From: a virus
Virus record (IMG/VR): IMGVR_UViG_3300029822_000952
Strand: one strand, 5' to 3'
Length of the DNA: 22,043 nucleotides
Positions 14,795-22,043 of the stretch are shown here, piece by piece. The notes beneath the pieces were generated by a model. That model was given only the letters and a program-made list of their open reading frames with translations. It did not search any database and was not told the origin of the DNA. Position 1 is the stretch's first letter; every line of letters begins with the position of its first letter. The position numbers and the translations under genes were made by a program.

Positions 14795-14997
14795 ACGGCC
14801 TGCACGGCACGCCCCAGCCCCATCACGTCATGGCCGGAGGCCAGGTCAGATGCGAGAGGTGCGGCCGGCCGACCCGCGAGATCGCCAAGGCGCTCATCGA
14901 CGCGGCCGCCAATGCCGAGGGCATCGACATGCCCCCGCTGTACCGCGAGTGCGAGGACGGCAACCAGTACGAGGCCGATGGCCTGGGAGGTGAGTGA
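14791..14997 (+). CDS. Cys-containing microprotein, 68 aa
   Basis: VRCERCGRP; GGAGGTGA RBS; ends in GLGGE. Confidence 0.65.
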   Translation: MNGLHGTPQPHHVMAGGQVRCERCGRPTREIAKALIDAAANAEGIDMPPLYRECEDGNQYEADGLGGE

Positions 14998-14999
14998 GC

Positions 15000-15050
15000 A
15001 TGGCCAGACCAGCCGTATTGTGTGCAAATGATGGAGGTGAACGGCAATAA
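15000..15050 (+). CDS. 16-aa mini-ORF between two cassette junctions
   Basis: MARPAVLCANDGGERQ; strong RBS upstream. Confidence 0.4.
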   Translation: MARPAVLCANDGGERQ

Positions 15051-15289
15051 CTCGCAAGATCTCCGCCGACGTCCGGATCTGCAACGGCTCCCGGCCCGGC
15101 ACCGTCCGCGTGGTGGTCGAGCTCCCGGAGGACCTCGGCGGCATGCTCGACCAACTCGCTATCATTGAGAAGGTGCCCAAGAAGGTCACGATCCGCAAGG
15201 CCCTGGAGGACCTGCGTGAGGAGATCCGAGAGCACGGCATCGGCATCCTGTTCGAGGATGGCGAGCAGGGAGAGCCAGGCGCTCTCTAA
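15047..15289 (+). CDS. Ribbon-helix-helix (CopG-like) regulator with apparent ATA start, 80 aa
   Basis: VRVVVELPEDLGGMLDQLAIIEKVPKKVTIRKALEDL; GGAGGTGA at 15033-15040; in-frame TGA at 15038 excludes an upstream ATG. Confidence 0.6.
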   Translation: MTRKISADVRICNGSRPGTVRVVVELPEDLGGMLDQLAIIEKVPKKVTIRKALEDLREEIREHGIGILFEDGEQGEPGAL

Positions 15290-15320
15290 ACATCTTTCTC
15301 ATCTCTTTTTCTATAAAAAG
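15290..15320 (+). promoter_or_regulatory. Pyrimidine terminator of the accessory region overlapping the TATA box of the membrane-protein operon
   Basis: TCTTTCTCATCTCTTTTTC then TATAAAAA 15312-15319; CTTTTT-CTAT-AAAAAG inverted repeat 15305-15320. Confidence 0.6.
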
Positions 15321-15377
15321 ACATATGCTGGTATACATCGCGTGGTTGTAATCTTATAGTTGTCCGATACTCAACGG

Positions 15378-16007
15378 ATGTCTCCCAAGAGCATCTCCAC
15401 CGACAAGAGGGGCGCGACCCCGATCGCCGCCATCGCCGCCGTCATTGCGACGATCGCGCTATCTTCCGCCCTCCTACTCTTGGCCGCCGCTCCCGCGAGC
15501 GCGGCCGACGTGAGCTCTACGTCAATGAGCGCCGACGCGACCGCATACACCGTAGCCCCGGGCGGCGAGGTCATCATCAAGATCTCCGACATGCCCGACA
15601 ATACTGGAATCGCCCAGGTGAACTTCGAGGACGCTGACGGCTTCAACGCCGACGAATGGTTCACCGCGACCTCCACCGAGAAGGAACTCGCGGCCACTAT
15701 CAAGATCGTCGCCGACGAGGAGACTCCGCTCGGCGATTACATCGTTGAGATCGTCCCGGCCGGCAACGCCTCCCAGGCCATCGAGGTCGAGCTGACCGTG
15801 CAGCACTCCGTCGCCCAGGTCCTGAGCGGCAACGCCATGTACCTCGGCGCCGGCATCGGCCTGATCGTGGTCGCCGGGCTCATGGGCCAGGCCATCCGCA
15901 ACAAGAAGGCCAAGCGCATCACCAAGCCCCTGAGCACCCTGATGATCGTCGCCGGCGTGGCCAGCCTCGCGTGGGTCGCCTACCAGACCGTTGTCGTGCT
16001 CATCTGA
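15378..16007 (+). CDS. Membrane-anchored putative virion protein: signal peptide, Ig-like beta domain, two C-terminal TM helices, about 209 aa (alternative TTG start 15360)
   Basis: Hydrophobic N-terminus ending PASAA; YTVAPGGEV...ATIKIV...LGDYIVEIV; TM-RNKKAKR-TM. Confidence 0.75.
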   Translation: MSPKSISTDKRGATPIAAIAAVIATIALSSALLLLAAAPASAADVSSTSMSADATAYTVAPGGEVIIKISDMPDNTGIAQVNFEDADGFNADEWFTATSTEKELAATIKIVADEETPLGDYIVEIVPAGNASQAIEVELTVQHSVAQVLSGNAMYLGAGIGLIVVAGLMGQAIRNKKAKRITKPLSTLMIVAGVASLAWVAYQTVVVLI

Positions 16008-16016
16008 GGTGATCTC

Positions 16017-18344
16017 GTGAACACCGTCGCACGCAAAACCCTCTCGATCATGATGGTCATAGGCCTCGTGGTCGGGGGGCTCCCCCTATTTTTTGCCGCC
16101 ACCGACAACGCCGAGGCAGCCGTAGGAGTCTGGGAGAAGCGCACGTCAGCCATGTCCGTCATGCACTCCAACGGCAAGCTCACGGTCGATGTGTCAACGT
16201 TCGAGGATGAGGGCAACAAGCCTATCCAGGGCTATACCCTGCTGCTCAAATGGGACCAATGCCGCAAGGACCTCAACCCACTGAGCGGATTCTGGCGCAC
16301 CATACGCTCGCCGCAAACGGCCACCATCACCACTGACGCCAAGGGCGAGGCCGAGTACAAGTTCAGTCTGGGTAACGGAGTCTGGACCGAGAATCTATGG
16401 ATCTACGGCTCCAGCGAGGGGTGGCAGATCATCGAGTATTTCCTGGGGAATATTGCCTCCACCAACATCCATCTCGACATCCAGACCCAGGCATCGATGG
16501 CCACGCAGCACGCTATCCAGCGCGCCGACACGCTAGGACTCATCCATGACTGGTACGAATTGGCACCCGCGGCGTTATCTCCGAGCGAAGGTGGAGCACC
16601 AATCAAACATATAGACGTCTGGGCCAGCCAACAGTATGTTGGTGCTACTCAGATTACTATGAACTGGCTAATGGAAACGAATGGCCATCAATCAAATGTT
16701 GTGACCGCTGTACCAGGCACATCATCCGCTGGCTCGATAAAGTATTCCAATATCAAAAATTATTATGTGGATGAGTTGAATTTATTACCTGCAGCGAAGG
16801 GCGGGAAAACTCAATATTATGCATTCGAAGACTGGATGTGTTATGGGGAGGTATGGTTCTCAGTATATAAGCCGTCAACTGGAGTAACAGATATGCGGAA
16901 TTACCGCACAACGCTCTATGCCGACGATGGGAAAAATAACATTACCGTTTGCGTTCTTGAACCACATGCCCCTCAGACCAAGATCCCGATGGTTAAGTAT
17001 GACCTAGCCCCGGGAATGTATAATTTCATTGTTAAGATCGAGAATCTCTATACGGGGGAGACCTATGCCGCCTCTGCTTACATCAGTTTATACACCGGCT
17101 CTAGTGCGGACCTCGTCCTAGGCGACCTCGATGAGCTCGATGTTTTGCCAACTATAGATGTGTGGTCCGATACAAGTACTGCTGTCACCATAAATCTAAA
17201 CGGACGATGGGGAGAATGGCAGACATCCGGATATTCTACGACCATTACCGATCAGGATCTCGTCCCAGTGGCCGCGCATATCAGGGGCATCTATCCGCTC
17301 GTAATCAGCAATCCGAGATGGGACAAGACACCCATCGCCGAAAATCTGAATGGTTTTAAATTTGATGTATACAACATACACCCAGAGCAGACCATAGAGA
17401 CGGTAAACCTCGCCCTTACTACAGATAACGGAACTCAGGTATGGGCCACGACTGTCGGTTCACAAGCCTATCCTACATGGACTGACGCATCACAGTTCAC
17501 GACGGTCCACCTAACTCACATATCCATGCCGGCCGAACCACGCAAATTGTACACCCTGATAATATCGTGCGGAGGTGCTGTCACCGAGATCCCCGTGGTG
17601 TTCTACCCGGCCGAGATGGATCCTGATGTGATCTACGAGCCTAAGAAGGACCTCGATGAAATCATCAAGGACTACGGAACGGTCAACGCTGCCGCCCTCA
17701 AGGCCTATCACGACTGGGCCGTGAGCATGCAGCCCAGGATCAAGGTCATAAAGGCCGACGTGCAGAACTACACCAAGCTCTTCGAGCAGCGCCTCGCCGT
17801 GGACAACCTGGCCCTCTCCGACGCCGCCGCCACGCGTGGCCTGGAGCTGATCACCGCGCTCAAGGAGATCTGCAAGGGCGATGGCTCGGACACCAGTATC
17901 GGCGAGCTCACATCCCATGCCCAGGGCATCTGGTCATCCTACCAGGCCGCGCTGCTGTACCGGGAGACCGCTATATCCTACGAGGCCGGCCAGACCGCGT
18001 TCGGCAATTCGACCGCCCTTGATGCCTGGTACCAGGACCTCGTGAGCAAGCGGATCACGGTCGGCCTGCAGGAGCAAAAACAGGGAGATGACCCCAACAG
18101 CGTCGCTGTCTGGGTCGGCGTCGCCGTCGCCCTGGTGGTCGGCGGCCTGGTGATGTACCTCTGCTGGAAATACATCATCCCGCCGCTCAAGCGCGTCATG
18201 CCCAAGGGCCGCAGCCCCCGCCTCAGGACGATCCGCGCCGTGACGCCGGTGGTCGTGACCATCGTGCTCGCCGTTATCATCGCCCTGGTGGCATTCCTCG
18301 CCACCTGGAACATAGCCCTGAGCATCGAGGCCGCTCTGAGGTAA
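16017..18344 (+). CDS. Large membrane-anchored surface protein, putative spike/receptor-binding or fusion protein, 775 aa
   Basis: GAGGTGA RBS; signal peptide ending AEA; beta-rich ectodomain, then helical/coiled-coil stalk, then two TM helices with a basic loop. The spike role is inferred from architecture and gene order. Confidence 0.65.
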   Translation: MNTVARKTLSIMMVIGLVVGGLPLFFAATDNAEAAVGVWEKRTSAMSVMHSNGKLTVDVSTFEDEGNKPIQGYTLLLKWDQCRKDLNPLSGFWRTIRSPQTATITTDAKGEAEYKFSLGNGVWTENLWIYGSSEGWQIIEYFLGNIASTNIHLDIQTQASMATQHAIQRADTLGLIHDWYELAPAALSPSEGGAPIKHIDVWASQQYVGATQITMNWLMETNGHQSNVVTAVPGTSSAGSIKYSNIKNYYVDELNLLPAAKGGKTQYYAFEDWMCYGEVWFSVYKPSTGVTDMRNYRTTLYADDGKNNITVCVLEPHAPQTKIPMVKYDLAPGMYNFIVKIENLYTGETYAASAYISLYTGSSADLVLGDLDELDVLPTIDVWSDTSTAVTINLNGRWGEWQTSGYSTTITDQDLVPVAAHIRGIYPLVISNPRWDKTPIAENLNGFKFDVYNIHPEQTIETVNLALTTDNGTQVWATTVGSQAYPTWTDASQFTTVHLTHISMPAEPRKLYTLIISCGGAVTEIPVVFYPAEMDPDVIYEPKKDLDEIIKDYGTVNAAALKAYHDWAVSMQPRIKVIKADVQNYTKLFEQRLAVDNLALSDAAATRGLELITALKEICKGDGSDTSIGELTSHAQGIWSSYQAALLYRETAISYEAGQTAFGNSTALDAWYQDLVSKRITVGLQEQKQGDDPNSVAVWVGVAVALVVGGLVMYLCWKYIIPPLKRVMPKGRSPRLRTIRAVTPVVVTIVLAVIIALVAFLATWNIALSIEAALR

Positions 18345-18345
18345 C

Positions 18346-18645
18346 ATGGCTAAGGCTGTAGTCCTGCCCAAACCCTTTACAATTCTCTTATTTTTCCTAG
18401 GGCTAGCCATTGCCCTGGCGGCGGTCGATCACGTCCTTGCGATAGTGGCCACTCTCGTGGACCAGCTCACCGGCCGGGTGGGTTCCATGGACCCCACCGC
18501 CTCCATCTGGGGCATCATCGCCGCCGTCGTGCTCGTTATCATCCTGAGCAAGAGCGCGAAGTCTATCTCCACGTTCCTCGGCGGCTTCGTGGCCGGCTGC
18601 CTCCTGAGATTCGTCCTGATGGCCGGAGAGGTTGGATTATTATGA
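18346..18645 (+). CDS. Small multi-pass membrane protein, 99 aa
   Basis: Three hydrophobic segments; GAGGT RBS. Confidence 0.8.
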   Translation: MAKAVVLPKPFTILLFFLGLAIALAAVDHVLAIVATLVDQLTGRVGSMDPTASIWGIIAAVVLVIILSKSAKSISTFLGGFVAGCLLRFVLMAGEVGLL

Positions 18646-20201
18646 TCACTCGCACCCGCATCCTAGCGGCAGCCCTCGCCCTGGTCGCCCTCATGACGCT
18701 GCTCATGAGCTCCACCAGCGCTCTCGCCGCCGACCCCGACACCGAGATCCGGTACTATCGCATGTCCGTCTACACCGGCGCTGACGCCAACGGGACGGCC
18801 GTCAAGGTCCTCGCCCCGCAGCAGGACATGAGCTATCCGCGCAACTGCACGCTCTACATGGTCGTAAGCAACTACGGCGACAGCATCCTTGAGGTCCGGG
18901 CGGGCGGCCAGGTCCTCGGCACCGTCAGCCCTCGGGACATGACTATGATCCAGTTCGCCACTCCGGCCGGCACCCAGTCCACCTATCCCCTGGAGTTCTA
19001 CTCAGGCGTTCACCGTTACCTGGCAATCTCCTACACCATGACTTCGGTATCGTTCGACATATACAACGAGATGGACATGCCCGGCCTCGAGGAGATGAAA
19101 AAGGACTATGAGGACAGGCTCAATAAGGAGCGGGCATTGAGGGAGCGTAACACGACCATCGAGGTCGACCCCGATCTCATCAAGGCCCTCGAGGCCGCCC
19201 GGACCCCCATCATTCTCTCTGCCGGACTGGCCGTTATTGGCATATTCCTCGCCTTCAGCGTCAAATGGGGCACGCGTCTTCTCAACCCGCTCAACGGCAT
19301 CAACTACATCGTGCTCTTCGTGGCGGCCATCGCGCTGGGCCTGTTTGATGGCTACAGCGGCCTCCTCAAGGGCAACCTGCTCTATTTCCTCCCGTTCGCC
19401 GCTGCCTACATGGGCACCTATTGGCTCTACAGGATCCCCACGACCCACACAGCCAGATTGGACATCAGGGAGCACCGCCTGACCATCGGCCAGCGCGTGT
19501 TCTATGAGGATGCAGAGGACGGGGTGCAATGTGAGGCTCCCCAAGACTGGCGCCGCGTCCTTGCGAGATGGATACGCGGCGACCGCTGCATAGTACAGGC
19601 CAACGGCTCCCTAATCCCCGATTGGCAGGTAAACGACCTCGACACCGGCGAGGAGTCGCCCCTGCTGCTGATCAACTCGGAGAGCATCAAGGAGGCCACG
19701 CAGAAGCCCGTCGAGGAGCAGTCCCTCAAGGAGAGGCTACTAGGAGCTCCGGGCGACACCCGCAAGCAGCTAAACCTCGCCAAGGGCGGGGCATTCTCGC
19801 ACGTCGACTACCTCGTAAACCCGGACGGCTGGACCAAGATAATGAACGAAAATCAGAGGCAGTTCCAGGCCATACACCGCCTGCTGAGCAGCATCCCCAC
19901 CCTTGCCCGCTCCCTCTCGGAGGAGATCATCGAGTACATCCACGGCTACCGGGCCGAGGAGCCGACCAGGTTGTTCCGCACGTTCATCATTCGCACCCTG
20001 CAGCGCGACCCTATGGCCATGATAGATGGAGACATATGGGAGAGATATCAGGAGTTCAAGGACGATAGGGCAAAGCTCGGCCACCTGGTCGCCGAGCTCG
20101 ATGATGAGATCAAATCGCAGGACAGGCCGCTCGACCGCGAGGACCTGCGAGCCCCTGACCGCAATGCCGGCCACATGGGCAAGGGGGGAAGCCAACAATG
20201 A
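18642..20201 (+). CDS. Membrane protein: signal peptide, ectodomain, coiled coil, about 3 TM helices, cytoplasmic domain, 519 aa
   Basis: MITRTRILAAALALVALMTLLMSSTSALA; LEEMKKDYEDRLNKER coil; hydrophobic segments around aa 190-262. Confidence 0.8.
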   Translation: MITRTRILAAALALVALMTLLMSSTSALAADPDTEIRYYRMSVYTGADANGTAVKVLAPQQDMSYPRNCTLYMVVSNYGDSILEVRAGGQVLGTVSPRDMTMIQFATPAGTQSTYPLEFYSGVHRYLAISYTMTSVSFDIYNEMDMPGLEEMKKDYEDRLNKERALRERNTTIEVDPDLIKALEAARTPIILSAGLAVIGIFLAFSVKWGTRLLNPLNGINYIVLFVAAIALGLFDGYSGLLKGNLLYFLPFAAAYMGTYWLYRIPTTHTARLDIREHRLTIGQRVFYEDAEDGVQCEAPQDWRRVLARWIRGDRCIVQANGSLIPDWQVNDLDTGEESPLLLINSESIKEATQKPVEEQSLKERLLGAPGDTRKQLNLAKGGAFSHVDYLVNPDGWTKIMNENQRQFQAIHRLLSSIPTLARSLSEEIIEYIHGYRAEEPTRLFRTFIIRTLQRDPMAMIDGDIWERYQEFKDDRAKLGHLVAELDDEIKSQDRPLDREDLRAPDRNAGHMGKGGSQQ

Positions 20202-20614
20202 AGGAGGAGGAGTATCGGGAGAACCTAGCGCACTTCCTGATCAACGAGGTCAAACTAGCATTGGGCCTGCAGGAGCAATACGAGCCCTACCGCGCTCGGG
20301 AGGACTACCTGACCAGGTACTTCCCAACCCTCGATGAGCGGGCGAGGAAGGCAGTCCTGTACGAGCTCAAGGAGGAGGCGAGCCGCAAGGGCACTGCCTC
20401 TATGGCCCGGGTGCTGTCCGACTCTCCCGAGGTCCTGGCCGGCGCGTTTTCGAACCTCCGCAGGATGCAGACCAAGCCCACGCAGAAAGCCATCATCTCC
20501 CGCACCCCGCCCCGCTCGGCCCGGGAGATAATGGACGACCAATTCATCCTGGAACGCGAGCCGGATGAGGAGGAGCCCGACGCCGACACACTGGAGGAGG
20601 TCGAGACCCAATGA
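20198..20614 (+). CDS. Hypothetical helical protein with acidic C-terminus, 138 aa
   Basis: ATGA coupling at both ends. Confidence 0.75.
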   Translation: MKEEEYRENLAHFLINEVKLALGLQEQYEPYRAREDYLTRYFPTLDERARKAVLYELKEEASRKGTASMARVLSDSPEVLAGAFSNLRRMQTKPTQKAIISRTPPRSAREIMDDQFILEREPDEEEPDADTLEEVETQ

Positions 20615-21945
20615 TCCACGTCCGGGAATCAATTTTCGAGGTATGCCGGACCAAAACGCATAGGGATCCCGGGAAGAAATTGAAGGATTTGACTGAGAGA
20701 GTGCTCCGGGATCTCACCCCGCCCCTCGACTCCGAGATGTTCCCAAAGGACCGCATTGACCTGATCACCGTGGCCGCCTTCGGCCAGCCTGGCTCTGGCA
20801 AAACAACCCTTATCGAGCACCTGGCCGGCCACTTTGCCAAGGTCTATGACGACCAGACCAACATCGTCGGCATACGGGGTTCTCGATTCTCGGACCTGGC
20901 AGCCAAGATGGACGACCGCCCCGTCCAGGTGCTCGTGGTCGATGACGCCAAGGCCATGTCGAGAGGTGGGTTCAAAAATATCGATGATATGAATGAACTG
21001 GACGACATACGGCACCGATATAAGCAGATCCGAGTAACGGCCGGCCATCCCCCGAGCGGCTATATAGTAGCCATCCACGTCAAGCAGCGCTATAAGGACC
21101 TCGACATCAAATTCCGTCAGGCCCACTACAGATTTTTTAAGACCACAGCTGGACCCGACGACAAATGGGATATGATCTCGCAAATCGGCCCGGAAGCCTA
21201 TGGATTCCTGGAGCGCATCATGCGCCGCATCAATGAGCTTCGGGACCAAACTGCCAAGGGGGAGTGTATCGTGACCGTGGATTGGATTCGTGGGAGCGGC
21301 CGCTTTTACTCTAGTCTCCCCGAGAGATCTAACGTTAACTGGCTCCGCGTCGAGGACTCCGGCGAGCTCCACCGCACCGCCGACCTCGCTCCCTCGGCCA
21401 TCATCGAGGAGGGCGGGGCCTTCGTGGTCGATACCTCCCCCATCCTCGACCTGATCAGACAGGACGGGGGCGAGTGGCCCCTGAAGGTCAGGGTGTTCGA
21501 GGCCTACCAGGGCGCCGCTTCTCAGTCCCAGGTGGCCGAGCAATACAAGATCTCCCAGGGCTCGGTGAGCAATTACAGCAAGGAGGTCAAGGGCATGATA
21601 TCCAAGATTGTCGGGGAAGCCTATGAGAAATGGGCGGCTAAGCAATGGGAGAAGGAGCTCGGAGTCAAGAAGGTCGAGAGGGACGGGAGCAAGGGCGAGC
21701 CGGACATCATGGTCTATCACGACTCCGGCCGCGTGACCGTAGTGAGCTGCAAATGCTATTACGACAACAAAACCACGAGCATCCCGATTAAGGCGATCGA
21801 GCCCGAGCTCATCAAAGCGCGGGAACTCGCAGCGGCCGGATTATTAGAGCGCCTAGTGGTCGACTTTAATAATATCGCCAAAAAATCCAGACAACTCCGG
21901 GGCATCGATCCTGAGCATCACGATAGCGTTATCACGTTCAGGTAA
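20611..21945 (+). CDS. P-loop ATPase (Zot/pI/A32-like, FtsK-HerA clade candidate) fused to HTH and PD-(D/E)xK-like nuclease, 444 aa
   Basis: Walker A GQPGSGKT, Walker B VLVVDD, HVKQ...LD..FR motif; SQSQVAEQYKISQGSVSNY HTH; GEPDIMV...VSCK. Confidence 0.75.
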   Translation: MIHVRESIFEVCRTKTHRDPGKKLKDLTERVLRDLTPPLDSEMFPKDRIDLITVAAFGQPGSGKTTLIEHLAGHFAKVYDDQTNIVGIRGSRFSDLAAKMDDRPVQVLVVDDAKAMSRGGFKNIDDMNELDDIRHRYKQIRVTAGHPPSGYIVAIHVKQRYKDLDIKFRQAHYRFFKTTAGPDDKWDMISQIGPEAYGFLERIMRRINELRDQTAKGECIVTVDWIRGSGRFYSSLPERSNVNWLRVEDSGELHRTADLAPSAIIEEGGAFVVDTSPILDLIRQDGGEWPLKVRVFEAYQGAASQSQVAEQYKISQGSVSNYSKEVKGMISKIVGEAYEKWAAKQWEKELGVKKVERDGSKGEPDIMVYHDSGRVTVVSCKCYYDNKTTSIPIKAIEPELIKARELAAAGLLERLVVDFNNIAKKSRQLRGIDPEHHDSVITFR

Positions 21946-22043
21946 ATGCCCCCCTTAATAGGCAAACAAACAAGGGCTTCCGGTGCCCCTCCCGACCCTC
22001 CGGACGGCCCTTTCCTTTCCCCCTCCCCGGCGATTCTTCAACC

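Larger units (their letters stand above)
1..22043. mobile_element. Temperate archaeal virus-like element (probably non-tailed, enveloped/pleomorphic type); possibly a complete circular episomal genome
   Basis: Integrase plus attP-like tRNA 3' end with element genes on both sides, divergent wHTH switch, iterons plus putative Rep, many small Zn-finger ORFs, membrane-protein operon ending in a P-loop ATPase; no head-tail genes recognised. Confidence 0.75.

Noticed and set aside
4046-15050. Classical integron with attC sites
   Set aside because: No palindromic attC-like spacers between genes; genes overlap directly at the junctions
20629-21720. 363-aa antisense ORF (also 12249-13304, 7351-8166, 3184-3978, 10982-11698)
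   Set aside because: Shadow ORFs opposite well-supported genes in GC-rich DNA, without RBS or motifs
15378-21945. Conjugative T4SS
   Set aside because: No VirB4-sized ATPase, coupling protein or relaxase motif recognised, and the pilin is type IV rather than VirB2-like; not fully excluded without profile searches
1-22043. Head-tailed virus (Caudoviricetes)
   Set aside because: No recognisable terminase, portal, HK97 capsid, tape-measure or tail genes

Overview
The window reads as a temperate, non-tailed archaeal virus-like element, possibly a complete circular genome of about 22 kb. Archaeal origin is supported by GGAGGTGA ribosome-binding sites, TATA-type promoters and a class III signal-peptide pilin of a type typical of Thermoplasmata (a Methanomassiliicoccales-like host is an inference). 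Layout: (i) type IV pilin; (ii) a divergent pair of winged-helix regulators with palindromic operators; (iii) a long, translationally coupled + strand region (1519-15289) containing a tyrosine integrase followed by an intact attP-like tRNA 3' end, an iteron-like AGTAAAGAC array in front of a wHTH putative replication initiator, about 19 tiny Cys-rich/zinc-finger ORFs, an ASCH protein, an IbrA/IbrB (PAPS-reductase + ParB-like) pair, a truncated serine recombinase and an RHH regulator; (iv) a morphogenesis-like operon (15378-21945) of membrane proteins, including a 775-aa spike-like protein and a P-loop ATPase fused to an HTH and a PD-(D/E)xK-like domain. No terminase, portal, HK97 capsid or tail genes were recognised. 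The most unusual signal is that the small accessory genes behave like cassettes: they are joined by a family of shared RBS/stop/start junction sequences whose left and right halves recombine around a GGTGAG core, and exact duplications begin and end at those junctions. No database search was possible, so family assignments rest on recognised motifs. Many small ORFs (<60 aa) were translated by hand.
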